64,000 nt of DNA from an uncultured Planctomycetaceae bacterium. GTDB taxonomy: Bacteria > Planctomycetota > Planctomycetia > Planctomycetales > Planctomycetaceae. A program made the position numbers and the translations under genes. Location of the stretch: positions 62,001-126,000 of the forward strand of contig CAXBME010000002.1 in assembly GCA_963976765.1 (NCBI GenBank), read 5' to 3'. Of the stretch, positions 27,110-35,860 are shown one piece after another. Position 1 is the stretch's first letter; every line of letters starts with the position of its first letter. The notes under the pieces were generated by a model. That model worked only from the letters and a program-made list of their open reading frames with translations. It searched no databases and was not told the DNA's origin.

Positions 27110-30100
27110 ATGACGAATCCAGCTTTCAATCCCGAAGATCCTCGCCTGACAGCCTTCGTGCTGGGCGAGATCGACGACAGCGGCCGAGCAGAAATCGAAC
27201 AGTTACTTGAAACTTCTCCGGAAGCTCAGGCAGCCGTTAAGGAAATCGAGGAAACGATCGGCGTGCTCAAAGAGAGTCTGGCTTCCGAACCGGCTCCCGA
27301 GCTGACCGACGCACAACGAGCGACTGTTGAGCAGCAGCTTGCTGGCCCGAGAATAGCTCCTCCCGTTGAGGCAATGCCGCAACCGCTGCAGCGATCGGGT
27401 GGCCAGGCTGGCAAGCTCTTCGGAGTGGTAGCGTCAGTCGCGGCTCTAGGGTTGCTTGTCACGTTAAACCTTCCGGCCGTGCAGCAGGCTCCCATTTTGC
27501 CGAGAGGTGACTTCGCTGCCACGTCGACACCAGAGCTGGTCGCGATGAACGACGCTGCCGAGAATGAAGAATCGTTTACAATGTCGAACTTCGGCGTTTC
27601 GTCAGCAGACAGAACTTCGAGCAGGGCACAATTGAAGTCGAATTCAACGAGTGACGAACTCGGCTTCGCTGCGGGCCGTCTTGAAAGTCTTGATGTTTCC
27701 AGCACTGAATCTGGCCAGGCGGACAGACCGCAACCGTCTGATTCGTTATCCAGGGCTGAAATTGCAAAGACGCAACTGGCGTCGGAAAAAGCAGAGCTTC
27801 CAGCTTTTCGACAGAATGTTGCGAAAACGAAACCTGCTGAAATTCCGGACGAAGCAGATCCTTTCTCCCGGCCAACGGGATCCAGCCAGCCTGACTCGCC
27901 GCAGCGACTGATCGCGGACTCCGGTTCGCGACCGCAGGGTAAGGATGGCGCGATGAAATCGGGCGGCGTTCTCGAAGGGCGATCTTTGTCGATTTCGGGT
28001 CGGCCCGCTGGAGAGCCTGGGACGTCAAGATCAAAGAATGATTCGTTTTCAACGCTGGTTCCTGGGGCGTCTCCGGTTTCCCGAGCACCTCTGCCGGCCG
28101 CTCCAGCTTCTGGCCAGCCGACTGCGGACAAATCTGGATTGGCAAGACAGCTTGCCGGTGCTACGGGCGGAAAACCCTTTAACGTTCCTGACGTTGAGGA
28201 GCCTCGTTCCGTGACCGCACAAACTAACAATCCTCACACGAGAGAAACGGTTGTTCGAAATCGAGTTTCCGTCACCCCTGGTGATTTGAGTAAACCGGCT
28301 GTGGTTGACGAAAGCAAAGGTCGTCTGACTGGACCTGTCACCGGCGGTGCAGTTGCCACGTCGCCCGAACCGGCAAGAGCCGTCGCTCTCAAACCGGCAC
28401 AAAGCCGACCTCAAAAGCGTGTGATGTTTCTCGAAGAAGAAGCCCTGCAAGTGGGACAGCAAAGGCCGGTTCCGCCGCCTGCTCCAAGCCCTGAAGCAGC
28501 CGCCCTTCAGCAGATTCGCCAGCGGGAAGAAGCGTTGGCTCGCGGAGGCGAAATCAAAAAACTGGCTGAGCTGTCGAAGGAATCGCAGTTGCAGACTCGG
28601 CTGGCGGCAATCGACAGCGGTGCGGCGCCACGAGTGTCAGGTCGCGGCTTCGGGCTGGGAGGTCGCGATCTTAATGAACAGCTTGAGCGATACTCCGAGA
28701 GTCTGAGGCTGTCACGATTCAGTCGAGAGCCACAACTTGAAGCGAAAACGCGGGCGTTTGGATTCGGCAGCGAGACTTACGAAGCCATCGTCGAAAACGA
28801 TTTCATCGTGCCGGTGATCGGCGACAAGGAAAAATCTCTGTCGACAATTTCGGTCGACGTCGACACGGCCAGCTATGCCAACATGCGACGCTTTCTGAAT
28901 CGGGATCAGCTTCCGCCAGCGAACTCCGTGCGGATCGAAGAGCTGGTCAACTATTTCAACTACAACTACCCGGAACCGGAAGGCAACGATCCGTTCTCGG
29001 TGAAGACTGAACTGGCTTCCTGCCCGTGGCAGCCGAGTCATCGTCTGGCAATGATCGGTCTGAAAGCAAAGACGATCGAAAAGGCCAAACGACCACCGAC
29101 GAATCTCGTCTTCCTGCTGGACGTTTCCGGGTCGATGCGAGCTTCCAACAAACTGCCGCTCGTGCAGCAGTCAATGCGGCTGCTCGTTGAGGAGATGACT
29201 GAAGACGACCGAGTTTCGATCGTGACTTACGCCAGCAACGCCGGAATTCGTCTACAGTCGACTCTGGGATCGAAGAAGCAGGAAATCCTGAACGCAATCA
29301 ACGGTCTGCAGGCCGGCGGGTCGACCAACGGCGAAGGCGGCATTCGCATGGCTTATGACGAAGCCAACCGTCACTACTTTCAGGGCGGAGCGAACCGGGT
29401 GATCCTGTGCTCGGACGGCGACTTCAACGTCGGCAAGAGCAGCGACGGCGACCTTGTCGAGCTGATTCAGGAGAAAGCCGCCAGCGGAGTGTTCCTCAGC
29501 GTGTTCGGCTTCGGCATGGGCAACCTGAAAGATGGCAAGCTGGAAAAACTCGCCGACAAAGGCAACGGCCACTACGGTTATATCGACGACCTGAACGAAG
29601 CGAAGAAAGTCTTCCAGGACGAACTCGTCGGCACGCTCTACACCGTGGCAAAAGATGTAAAGCTGCAGGTCGAGTTCAACCCGGCCACTGTCGGAGCGTA
29701 CCGGCTGATCGGTTACGAAAACCGCAAGCTGGCCGCTCAGGACTTTACGGACGACACCAAAGACGCAGGCGAAATCGGATCGGGCCATACGGTAACGGCT
29801 CTGTACGAAATCATTCCGAAGCATATTCTGCTGGAACAGCCGAGCGTTGACGGGCTGAAGTACCAGGCCGCTCCCAAGGAATCAGCTGCGGATGAGGCAG
29901 TGGCTGAACCGACAGAGAATCCGGCGAAACTGGTTGGCTCTCCAGGCACTGATCAAGAACTGCTGACCGTCAAACTGCGGTACAAGAAGCCGGACGAGGA
30001 AGTCAGCGAGGCCGTGGCGAATGACTATCCCGTAACGGACGTTGAAATTGCCGGGAAGCAACTCTCACCAGTCAGCGATGATCTGATGTTTGCCGCATCG

Positions 30101-30583
30101 GTAGCTTCGTTCGGCATGAACCTGCGAGGCTCGAAGTATCGAGGCAACTGGGGCTTCGCCGAAGCTCTGGAATCCGCACAGGGAGCGCAGGGCGACGGCA
30201 ACGATGCTCAGCGAACGGAGTTCATCCAGCTTGTCCAGCGAGCGATGCGAATCACCGGCCAGCAGGTCGGCCCGCAACCGAGCACAGGCGAAGGAACGAC
30301 GACACGACCGGGAGAACTGGAAGCAACCGAGGCTCGAATTAAAGCATCGGTCGATGGTAAGTACCGCCGCCTGGTGAAGAAGATCGAAGTCCGAGACGAC
30401 TTCCAACGGTTTGGAGCGTTCAACGACTATGGTCATTGGGACGGCACCGAGTACGCCGGTCACAAAGACCTGCCACCCGGCAACTGGGTCTACGTTTACC
30501 CGAACTGGTACATCTGGGCCGAGGCCGCTGCGCCAGCGGCAGAAGGCGTTCCTTCCGCCGAAGAAAAACCAGCCGTCAAGTAG
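27110..30583 (+). CDS. Anti-sigma-like N-terminus, TM helix, long low-complexity linker, YfbK-like vWA/DUF3520 module and an extra C-terminal domain
   Basis: PRLTAFVLGE...; TM LFGVVASVAALGLLV; STISVDVDTASYANMRRFL, VRIEELVNYF, MIDAS FLLDVSGSM, GGSTNG, SDGDFNVG, YRLIGYENR, DAGEIGSGHTVTALYEI. Confidence 0.9.
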   Translation: MTNPAFNPEDPRLTAFVLGEIDDSGRAEIEQLLETSPEAQAAVKEIEETIGVLKESLASEPAPELTDAQRATVEQQLAGPRIAPPVEAMPQPLQRSGGQAGKLFGVVASVAALGLLVTLNLPAVQQAPILPRGDFAATSTPELVAMNDAAENEESFTMSNFGVSSADRTSSRAQLKSNSTSDELGFAAGRLESLDVSSTESGQADRPQPSDSLSRAEIAKTQLASEKAELPAFRQNVAKTKPAEIPDEADPFSRPTGSSQPDSPQRLIADSGSRPQGKDGAMKSGGVLEGRSLSISGRPAGEPGTSRSKNDSFSTLVPGASPVSRAPLPAAPASGQPTADKSGLARQLAGATGGKPFNVPDVEEPRSVTAQTNNPHTRETVVRNRVSVTPGDLSKPAVVDESKGRLTGPVTGGAVATSPEPARAVALKPAQSRPQKRVMFLEEEALQVGQQRPVPPPAPSPEAAALQQIRQREEALARGGEIKKLAELSKESQLQTRLAAIDSGAAPRVSGRGFGLGGRDLNEQLERYSESLRLSRFSREPQLEAKTRAFGFGSETYEAIVENDFIVPVIGDKEKSLSTISVDVDTASYANMRRFLNRDQLPPANSVRIEELVNYFNYNYPEPEGNDPFSVKTELASCPWQPSHRLAMIGLKAKTIEKAKRPPTNLVFLLDVSGSMRASNKLPLVQQSMRLLVEEMTEDDRVSIVTYASNAGIRLQSTLGSKKQEILNAINGLQAGGSTNGEGGIRMAYDEANRHYFQGGANRVILCSDGDFNVGKSSDGDLVELIQEKAASGVFLSVFGFGMGNLKDGKLEKLADKGNGHYGYIDDLNEAKKVFQDELVGTLYTVAKDVKLQVEFNPATVGAYRLIGYENRKLAAQDFTDDTKDAGEIGSGHTVTALYEIIPKHILLEQPSVDGLKYQAAPKESAADEAVAEPTENPAKLVGSPGTDQELLTVKLRYKKPDEEVSEAVANDYPVTDVEIAGKQLSPVSDDLMFAASVASFGMNLRGSKYRGNWGFAEALESAQGAQGDGNDAQRTEFIQLVQRAMRITGQQVGPQPSTGEGTTTRPGELEATEARIKASVDGKYRRLVKKIEVRDDFQRFGAFNDYGHWDGTEYAGHKDLPPGNWVYVYPNWYIWAEAAAPAAEGVPSAEEKPAVK

Positions 30584-30600
30584 GTCAGGCTCTGCCTGAC
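30580..30600 (+). repeat. GTAG-type REP palindrome overlapping the vWA stop codon
   Basis: GTAG-GTCAGGC-TCT-GCCTGAC. Confidence 0.7.
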
Positions 30601-30622
30601 GAAATCCGCTGATCAAAATTGG

Positions 30623-30693
30623 ACCACGGAAGGCACGGAAAATACCGAAGGAAGAACGAAAATTCCTCCGTGCAAATCCGTGCCTTCCGTGGT
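30623..30693. repeat. Perfect 17-bp inverted repeat between convergent genes
   Basis: ACCACGGAAGGCACGGA / TCCGTGCCTTCCGTGGT. Confidence 0.75.
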
Positions 30694-30717
30694 TCTTCTC
30701 CTTTGACGGCTTCGTGA

Positions 30718-31875
30718 TCAAAGAAGCTCGCCAGCAACGGTGTCTGCAAGAAACCGGCCCTGGTAAGTCAGACGGATAGTCGAGCCGATCTCTTCGATTA
30801 GACCTTGCGTAACGAGTCGGCTGATCGATTCTCCGGCCAGTTGGTACAGGTCGAGGTCGGTCGTTTCCCTGAACCACCCCTGCTCAACTCCATCGTTGGT
30901 GCGCAGGCCAAGGACCAGCAGTTCGCGGGCGAATGATTCAGGATCGAGTTTTTCGACGTCGCCGATGGCTGACTCTCCGGCGAGAACTTTCTTCAGCCAG
31001 GTCGTCACACTGCGGTGGTTCTGCCGTCGTTCGTTGTCCATCAGGCTGGCCGCGCCGGGACCGAAACCGAAGTACGACTGACCGGTCCAGTAAACCTGGT
31101 TGTGGCGACAGCGGAAGCCGGGGCGAGCGAAGCTGGAAATCTCGTACTGATGAAAATCGTGAGCGGCAAGTTGCTCCATCGCGATTTCGTACATTTGCCG
31201 CTCCAGCTCTTCGGTCGCCTGCGGAAGCTCGCCCTTCTCACGCCGCGTCCAGAATGCCGTCCCTTTTTCGAAAGTCAGGCCGTACGTCGACAGGTGCGTC
31301 GGCGAAAGTTTGATGGCTGTTTGCAGCGAAGACTCCCAAAGTTCTACCGTCTGGCCGGGAACGGCGAAGATCAGATCGAGCGAAATATTTTCGATGCGTT
31401 GCCTGATTCGGTCGACGCAGGTGAAGACGTCGGCTCGCCGGTGGTCGCGTTCAAGCATCACCAGCGTCGCATCGTCAAACGACTGCACGCCCAGGCTGAT
31501 TCGATTCACGCCAGCGTCCGCGAGCACGGCGATCCGATCATTGGTCATACGTGCCGGGTTGGCCTCAACGCTGAACTCGGTTTCCAATGTGAGCTGAAAT
31601 CGGTCGTGGACAAGCCCGCAAAGTCGTTCGAGTTGCTGAGCGGAAAGCTGCGTCGGCGTACCGCCTCCGAAAAAGACAGTGTCGATCTCCGGCCTCGACG
31701 GCAATGCCGCGTCGTGGCTGCTAATGCGGCCCAGATTGCGGTCGATTTCTATCGTCAAGGCGTCAAGGTACCGGTCAGCCAGATAGTCCTTCCCGGCAAC
31801 CAGCGTGAAATCGCAGTACCCGCAGCGGTGGGCGCAGAACGGAACGTGGATGTAGAGTGACCGAGGCTGGTTCAC
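30718..31875 (-). CDS. hemW: Radical SAM heme chaperone (HemN-like)
   Basis: LYIHVPFCAHRCGYCDF, FFGGGTPT, EANP, RISLGVQSF, YEISSFA, HNQVYW. Confidence 0.92.
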   Translation of the reverse strand: MNQPRSLYIHVPFCAHRCGYCDFTLVAGKDYLADRYLDALTIEIDRNLGRISSHDAALPSRPEIDTVFFGGGTPTQLSAQQLERLCGLVHDRFQLTLETEFSVEANPARMTNDRIAVLADAGVNRISLGVQSFDDATLVMLERDHRRADVFTCVDRIRQRIENISLDLIFAVPGQTVELWESSLQTAIKLSPTHLSTYGLTFEKGTAFWTRREKGELPQATEELERQMYEIAMEQLAAHDFHQYEISSFARPGFRCRHNQVYWTGQSYFGFGPGAASLMDNERRQNHRSVTTWLKKVLAGESAIGDVEKLDPESFARELLVLGLRTNDGVEQGWFRETTDLDLYQLAGESISRLVTQGLIEEIGSTIRLTYQGRFLADTVAGELL

Positions 31876-31938
31876 CGGGTGCTTCCGCAGTTTTAGAAGA
31901 TGAGAAGTCAGAATGTTGCGACATCAGTCAGTGGAAAT

Positions 31939-31976
31939 CTTTGCGTGTCTTAGCGGCTTTGCGGCTTAGCGTCAGA
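31939..31976. repeat. Half element of a GCGGCTTTGCGGCTTAGCG-type repeat
   Basis: CTTTGCGTGTCTTAGCGGCTTTGCGGCTTAGCGTCAGA; 9-bp periodicity resembling the arms of the 22007 family. Confidence 0.45.
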
Positions 31977-32181
31977 TCCCGAAGGCAGAAAGTTAATGCG
32001 GCCTGCTGTGCAGCCGGAGTCGGACTTCTCAGAAATCGGAACTCGAAAGGTTGTCTGGAAACTCGAAACCGGCCCGCGTACCATTCCCGGCTTCGTGGCC
32101 GGGCGGTTTTTCGCTTTGGCAAGTCAACCAACGAATGTCGGGCTTTTCCGGCATCTGAACTCGCAGCAAAGGCAGCGGACC

Positions 32182-32547
32182 ATGCCGAAGGTCACGTTCG
32201 TCAAAGAGAAAAAAACCATCGACGTTCCAGAGGGTGCCAACCTTCGAAAAGCCGCCCGCAAGGCCGGCGTGGAGCTCTACAAGGGCGTCCACAAGTACCT
32301 GAACTGTCAGGGTTTCGGCATGTGCGGTTCGTGCCGGGTCTACGTCAAAGAAGGCAAGCACAACGTCTCGAAGCCGGGGCTGGTCGAGAACTTCACCACG
32401 AAGCTCGGCGGTAATCCGGAAGCATTTTTCGCTTACATCGGCCACGAAGACGAAATGCGACTCGCCTGCCAGTGCAAGGTCGAAGGCGACATCAAGGTGG
32501 AAACCCAGGCTCCGTGCAACTTCCACGGTGAGAAGTTCTGGGGCTGA
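32182..32547 (+). CDS. 2Fe-2S ferredoxin
   Basis: MPKVTF, NCQGFGMCGSCRV and RLACQ cysteine pattern. Confidence 0.92.
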   Translation: MPKVTFVKEKKTIDVPEGANLRKAARKAGVELYKGVHKYLNCQGFGMCGSCRVYVKEGKHNVSKPGLVENFTTKLGGNPEAFFAYIGHEDEMRLACQCKVEGDIKVETQAPCNFHGEKFWG

Positions 32548-32571
32548 GTACTCAACCAGGCTGGTTTTTGG

Positions 32572-32964
32572 ATGAGCAGACAATCGCGAAAACAGAAACC
32601 GCGGCCTGTGGTAACCGACGACCTTGAGACGAATGTGTCGCTGCTTTTGTCGGTCTGGGAGCGCGAGTGGTCGTTTCACGACATGGTGATTTCGTCGATT
32701 CTTCGGATCTCGGGACGCGTCGTTATTACGTTGGACGATCTCGTCCTGGTGCTGACCGGAGTCACTCAGTACACGTCAAATCTGGCTGTTGTTCCCGATG
32801 ATGAGTTTTCGGAGATCTGGGTCACCCCTTCATTGACCGGTTCCGGTGAAACTCGAACCCTCCGGGTGGAGACCGAAGGTGGCCATTTCGAGGCTACTTT
32901 CCGCAATCTCAGACTGATACGCCCGCACGACCATGCCGTGTTGATCCCTTCAATCGACGATTGA
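32572..32964 (+). CDS. Hypothetical protein
   Basis: 130-aa ORF with protein-like composition, 24 bp after the ferredoxin stop. Confidence 0.6.
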   Translation: MSRQSRKQKPRPVVTDDLETNVSLLLSVWEREWSFHDMVISSILRISGRVVITLDDLVLVLTGVTQYTSNLAVVPDDEFSEIWVTPSLTGSGETRTLRVETEGGHFEATFRNLRLIRPHDHAVLIPSIDD

Positions 32965-33071
32965 TGGAATCCTGCAGGGCCTGTTCCGAGATTGCAGCCT
33001 TGGAAACGATCGCGAACATTCGCTGAGTCCACGCTTCCTCTGCTGGGGCGAAACCGCGAGACTTCCGCTTC

Positions 33072-33489
33072 AGTCGAGTGGGCTGAGTGATCGCTGTTTT
33101 GAGTATTCGGTGGTCTTCGGATTTCCGGGTGGCTCGAAGTGGAGGAAAGTCCGGGCTCCGCAGGACAGGGTGGTCGGTAACGCCGACCGGTCGTGAGATC
33201 AGGGAAAGTGCCACAGAAAAGATACCGCCGATGGCCTGTCTGGCTTCGGTCAGGCGGGATCAGGTAAGGGTGAAATGGTGCGGTAAGAGCGCACCGGCAG
33301 TCGGGGCGACTCGGCTGGCCTGGTAAACCCCACCCGGAGCAAGGCCGAGCAGAAGGATGTCGCACTTGTGCGGCGGGGGCTTGTCCGGCTCCCAAAGACC
33401 TTCGGGTAGGCTGCTTGAGGTGCCGAGCAATCGGCATCCCAGAGAAATGATCGCTCTCGACAAAACCCGGCTTACAGGCCCACTCGGCT
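33072..33489 (+). ncRNA. rnpB: RNase P RNA, bacterial type A
   Basis: GAGGAAAGTCCGGGCTCC, GAAAGTGCCACAGAAA, GGGTGAAA..GTAAGAGC, GGTAAACCCC..GGAGCAAG, AGAAATGATCGC, ACAAAACCCGGCTTA; P1 pairing AGTCGAGTGGGC/GCCCACTCGGCT. Confidence 0.97.
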
Positions 33490-33680
33490 GATTTTTGCAA
33501 GGTTGAGGCTCAAGAGACGGGAGCCGAAGGCCGGGGGATCGGAATCTCCTGACAGAGTTCGCAGCTTAACGCGCGAACTGGCGACCAGACCGCAAAGTCA
33601 GCGTTGCTTACCACGCTTTCTCGACCGGGCAAATCCGGATCATGAGTACGACGGGCACGACTCAGACATCCCGTGCGCAT

Positions 33681-33697
33681 CCGGCACGACTGTCGCA
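33681..33697 (+). promoter_or_regulatory. Possible sigma-54 (-24/-12) promoter
   Basis: CCGGCACGACTGTCGCA versus consensus YTGGCACGRNNNTTGCW; exact GG-N10-GC spacing; about 145 bp upstream of the Wza-like gene. Confidence 0.4.
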
Positions 33698-33840
33698 AAG
33701 TGAATTCGCCCGCCAGGCCGATCAGACTCTCAGCGTCTGCGCGGCGTCAGGTGTGTGTTGCGGGAACGGACTGTCCCCTCACTCACCGAACGAGCTGCGG
33801 CTTGTCAATCAGGGCTCCTGTCAAAAGAGGCGGAGAACTC

Positions 33841-35133
33841 ATGCGTTCCGGAACGGATTCCAAAACCCGGCGACTCGGTCGCGACTTGCCGTTGGTTGCG
33901 TCGCAGATTGCCTGCGTCCTGATCTGCGTGACAGGGATCGGCTGCAACGCTCACCGAAACAGTCAGACATTGATGTCGCATCCGTCGCCCGACGTTTGCC
34001 TCAGCAATGAATGCTCATTCGCTGAACCAGCCGAATTCGGCGTTGGCGGTAACAACCCGGCCGGCGCTGCGGTTTATGACCAGAGCCAGTGGCACGGCTC
34101 TGCCTGCTCGAATGCGGACTGCAACGGAAGCGGCCATTCAGGCTGCCAGCAGTGCAACTACGAAATCCCGCGCGAACTGAAAAAAGTATCGCTGCCGGAC
34201 TACGTGGTCGAGCCGCCGGATATTCTGCTGATCGAAGTCAGCAGTGGGCAGAAACTTCCGAATGCAAAAATCCGCTCCGGCGAACTTCTGAACGTGAGAG
34301 TCGGCAACACGCTTCCAGTCGACACGTTCGACGATCCGGTATCGCGAGCGTTCAAACAAATCGATGACACCTATCGCGTCCAGCCGGATGGAACGATCAA
34401 CTTCGGCCCCGAATATGGCGCCGTCCCGGTTCGTGGCCTCACGATTCCGGAAGCTCGTCGCCTGATCGAACTGCATCTTCAACAGACGCTGCGAACTCCG
34501 CAGGTTCTCCTGTCTCGATCAACTGACCAGGCGGACCAGCCGGTGACTGGCGAACACCTTGTCCGTCCCGACGGAACTGTTTCGCTGGGCATTTACGGTT
34601 CGGTCTACGTGGCCGGGTCAACGCTCAGCTCTGCTCGACAGGCCATTCAGCGGCACCTTTCAGAACACATGAATCAGCCCGAGGTTTACGTCGACGTCCT
34701 GGCTTACAACAGCAAAGTTTTCTACATCGTGACAGACGGTGGCGGTGCGGGTGAGCAGGTTTTCCGCTTCCCATGCACCGGCAACGAAACCGTGCTGGAC
34801 GCCCTGTCGCAGATCAACGGCCTGCCAACAGTCGCTTCGAAGAAAGATATCTGGATCGCTCGACCAGCTCCTCCGGAAGTCGGCTATGAGCAGATTTTGA
34901 AAGTTGACTGGAACGGCATCGTTCGAGGCGGGCAGTCAAAAACAAACTACCAACTGCTGCCAGGAGACCGGCTCTACGTCCAGGCCGATCGACTGGTCAC
35001 CTTCGATACGATGATCGCCAGAATCACGGCGCCGCTCGAACGAATCGCCGGCTTTGTTCTACTTGGTCATGGAACCTTCCGCAGTATCCAGTTCGGCCAT
35101 CAGGGGCTGAACGGCGGCGGTGGCGGACTCTAG
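33841..35133 (+). CDS. Polysaccharide biosynthesis/export (Wza-like, SLBB) lipoprotein
   Basis: Lipobox TGIGC; LPDYVVEPPDILLIE; two Poly_export-like units (VQPDGTINFG, VRPDGTVSLG); GNETVLDAL; NYQLLPGDRLYV; start placed at MRSGTD. Confidence 0.88.
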   Translation: MRSGTDSKTRRLGRDLPLVASQIACVLICVTGIGCNAHRNSQTLMSHPSPDVCLSNECSFAEPAEFGVGGNNPAGAAVYDQSQWHGSACSNADCNGSGHSGCQQCNYEIPRELKKVSLPDYVVEPPDILLIEVSSGQKLPNAKIRSGELLNVRVGNTLPVDTFDDPVSRAFKQIDDTYRVQPDGTINFGPEYGAVPVRGLTIPEARRLIELHLQQTLRTPQVLLSRSTDQADQPVTGEHLVRPDGTVSLGIYGSVYVAGSTLSSARQAIQRHLSEHMNQPEVYVDVLAYNSKVFYIVTDGGGAGEQVFRFPCTGNETVLDALSQINGLPTVASKKDIWIARPAPPEVGYEQILKVDWNGIVRGGQSKTNYQLLPGDRLYVQADRLVTFDTMIARITAPLERIAGFVLLGHGTFRSIQFGHQGLNGGGGGL

Positions 35134-35246
35134 CGTAAACCGAAAACCGTAGAGTGCGTCTCGACGCACCAGTGTTGATAACTGCAAGCCTGCGTGGTGC
35201 GTTAAGACGCACCCTACGAACCAGGAAACGACGTCGAGAGGGTGAA

Positions 35247-35759
35247 ATGAAACACGTGACAATGTTCGTGGGACTGGGATTCTGGTTGGTGGCGAGCCAC
35301 GCGCAGGCACAGCTTCCATATGTGCAGTCACGAGGCTTCAGTCAGTACGGCAGTCCTGGCGGCATTGGTGCTGTCGGGCAGCCAACCTTCAGTCCGTACC
35401 TGAACCTGCTGCGGCGAGGCAATTCGACTCTTCAGAACTACTACGGACTCGTCCGCCCCGAGCAACAGTTTCGGACGGCCAACGAGCAGTTTCAGTCAAA
35501 TTTCAATCAGGTGCAGAGACAGTTTAACTCGACGCAGCAAACGAAGGTCGCACCACCGCTGCAGGCAACCGGCCATCGAGTTCAGTTCATGAGTCAACAG
35601 GCAACGGGCAACGGCAGTCTGCAGGGATTCAGACCGTCGCCGCCGTCAGTGTTGCCACCTGGTGTCTATCCCTCGCTGGTCCCTCAGACGGGACATCGAA
35701 CTTACTTCGGAAATCAAGGGACGTGGTTCTCATCCAACCCGGCAGCGCCGCGACGTTAA
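35247..35759 (+). CDS. Secreted hypothetical protein
   Basis: Signal peptide ending AQA; PTFSPYLNL...NYYGLVRP segment; TGH motif twice; start placed at MKHVTM. Confidence 0.75.
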   Translation: MKHVTMFVGLGFWLVASHAQAQLPYVQSRGFSQYGSPGGIGAVGQPTFSPYLNLLRRGNSTLQNYYGLVRPEQQFRTANEQFQSNFNQVQRQFNSTQQTKVAPPLQATGHRVQFMSQQATGNGSLQGFRPSPPSVLPPGVYPSLVPQTGHRTYFGNQGTWFSSNPAAPRR

Positions 35760-35860
35760 TCGTAAAGTCGGGTTCCTGACTCAAATCAGAATCAAAGTTC
35801 TGAACAACGTGAAACCAGTTCGTCTCGATTCGGGCCAGCGAGAAAGAGGAAAGAGTAAAC

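Noticed and set aside
32766..33500. 244-aa minus-strand ORF and other short ORFs here
   Set aside because: They overlap the RNase P RNA gene and are shadow ORFs.
33580..33710. GGGCAAATCC and CGCAAAG strings upstream of the Wza-like gene as a c-di-GMP riboswitch
   Set aside because: No GNRA-capped P2 stem, and the spacing is wrong.
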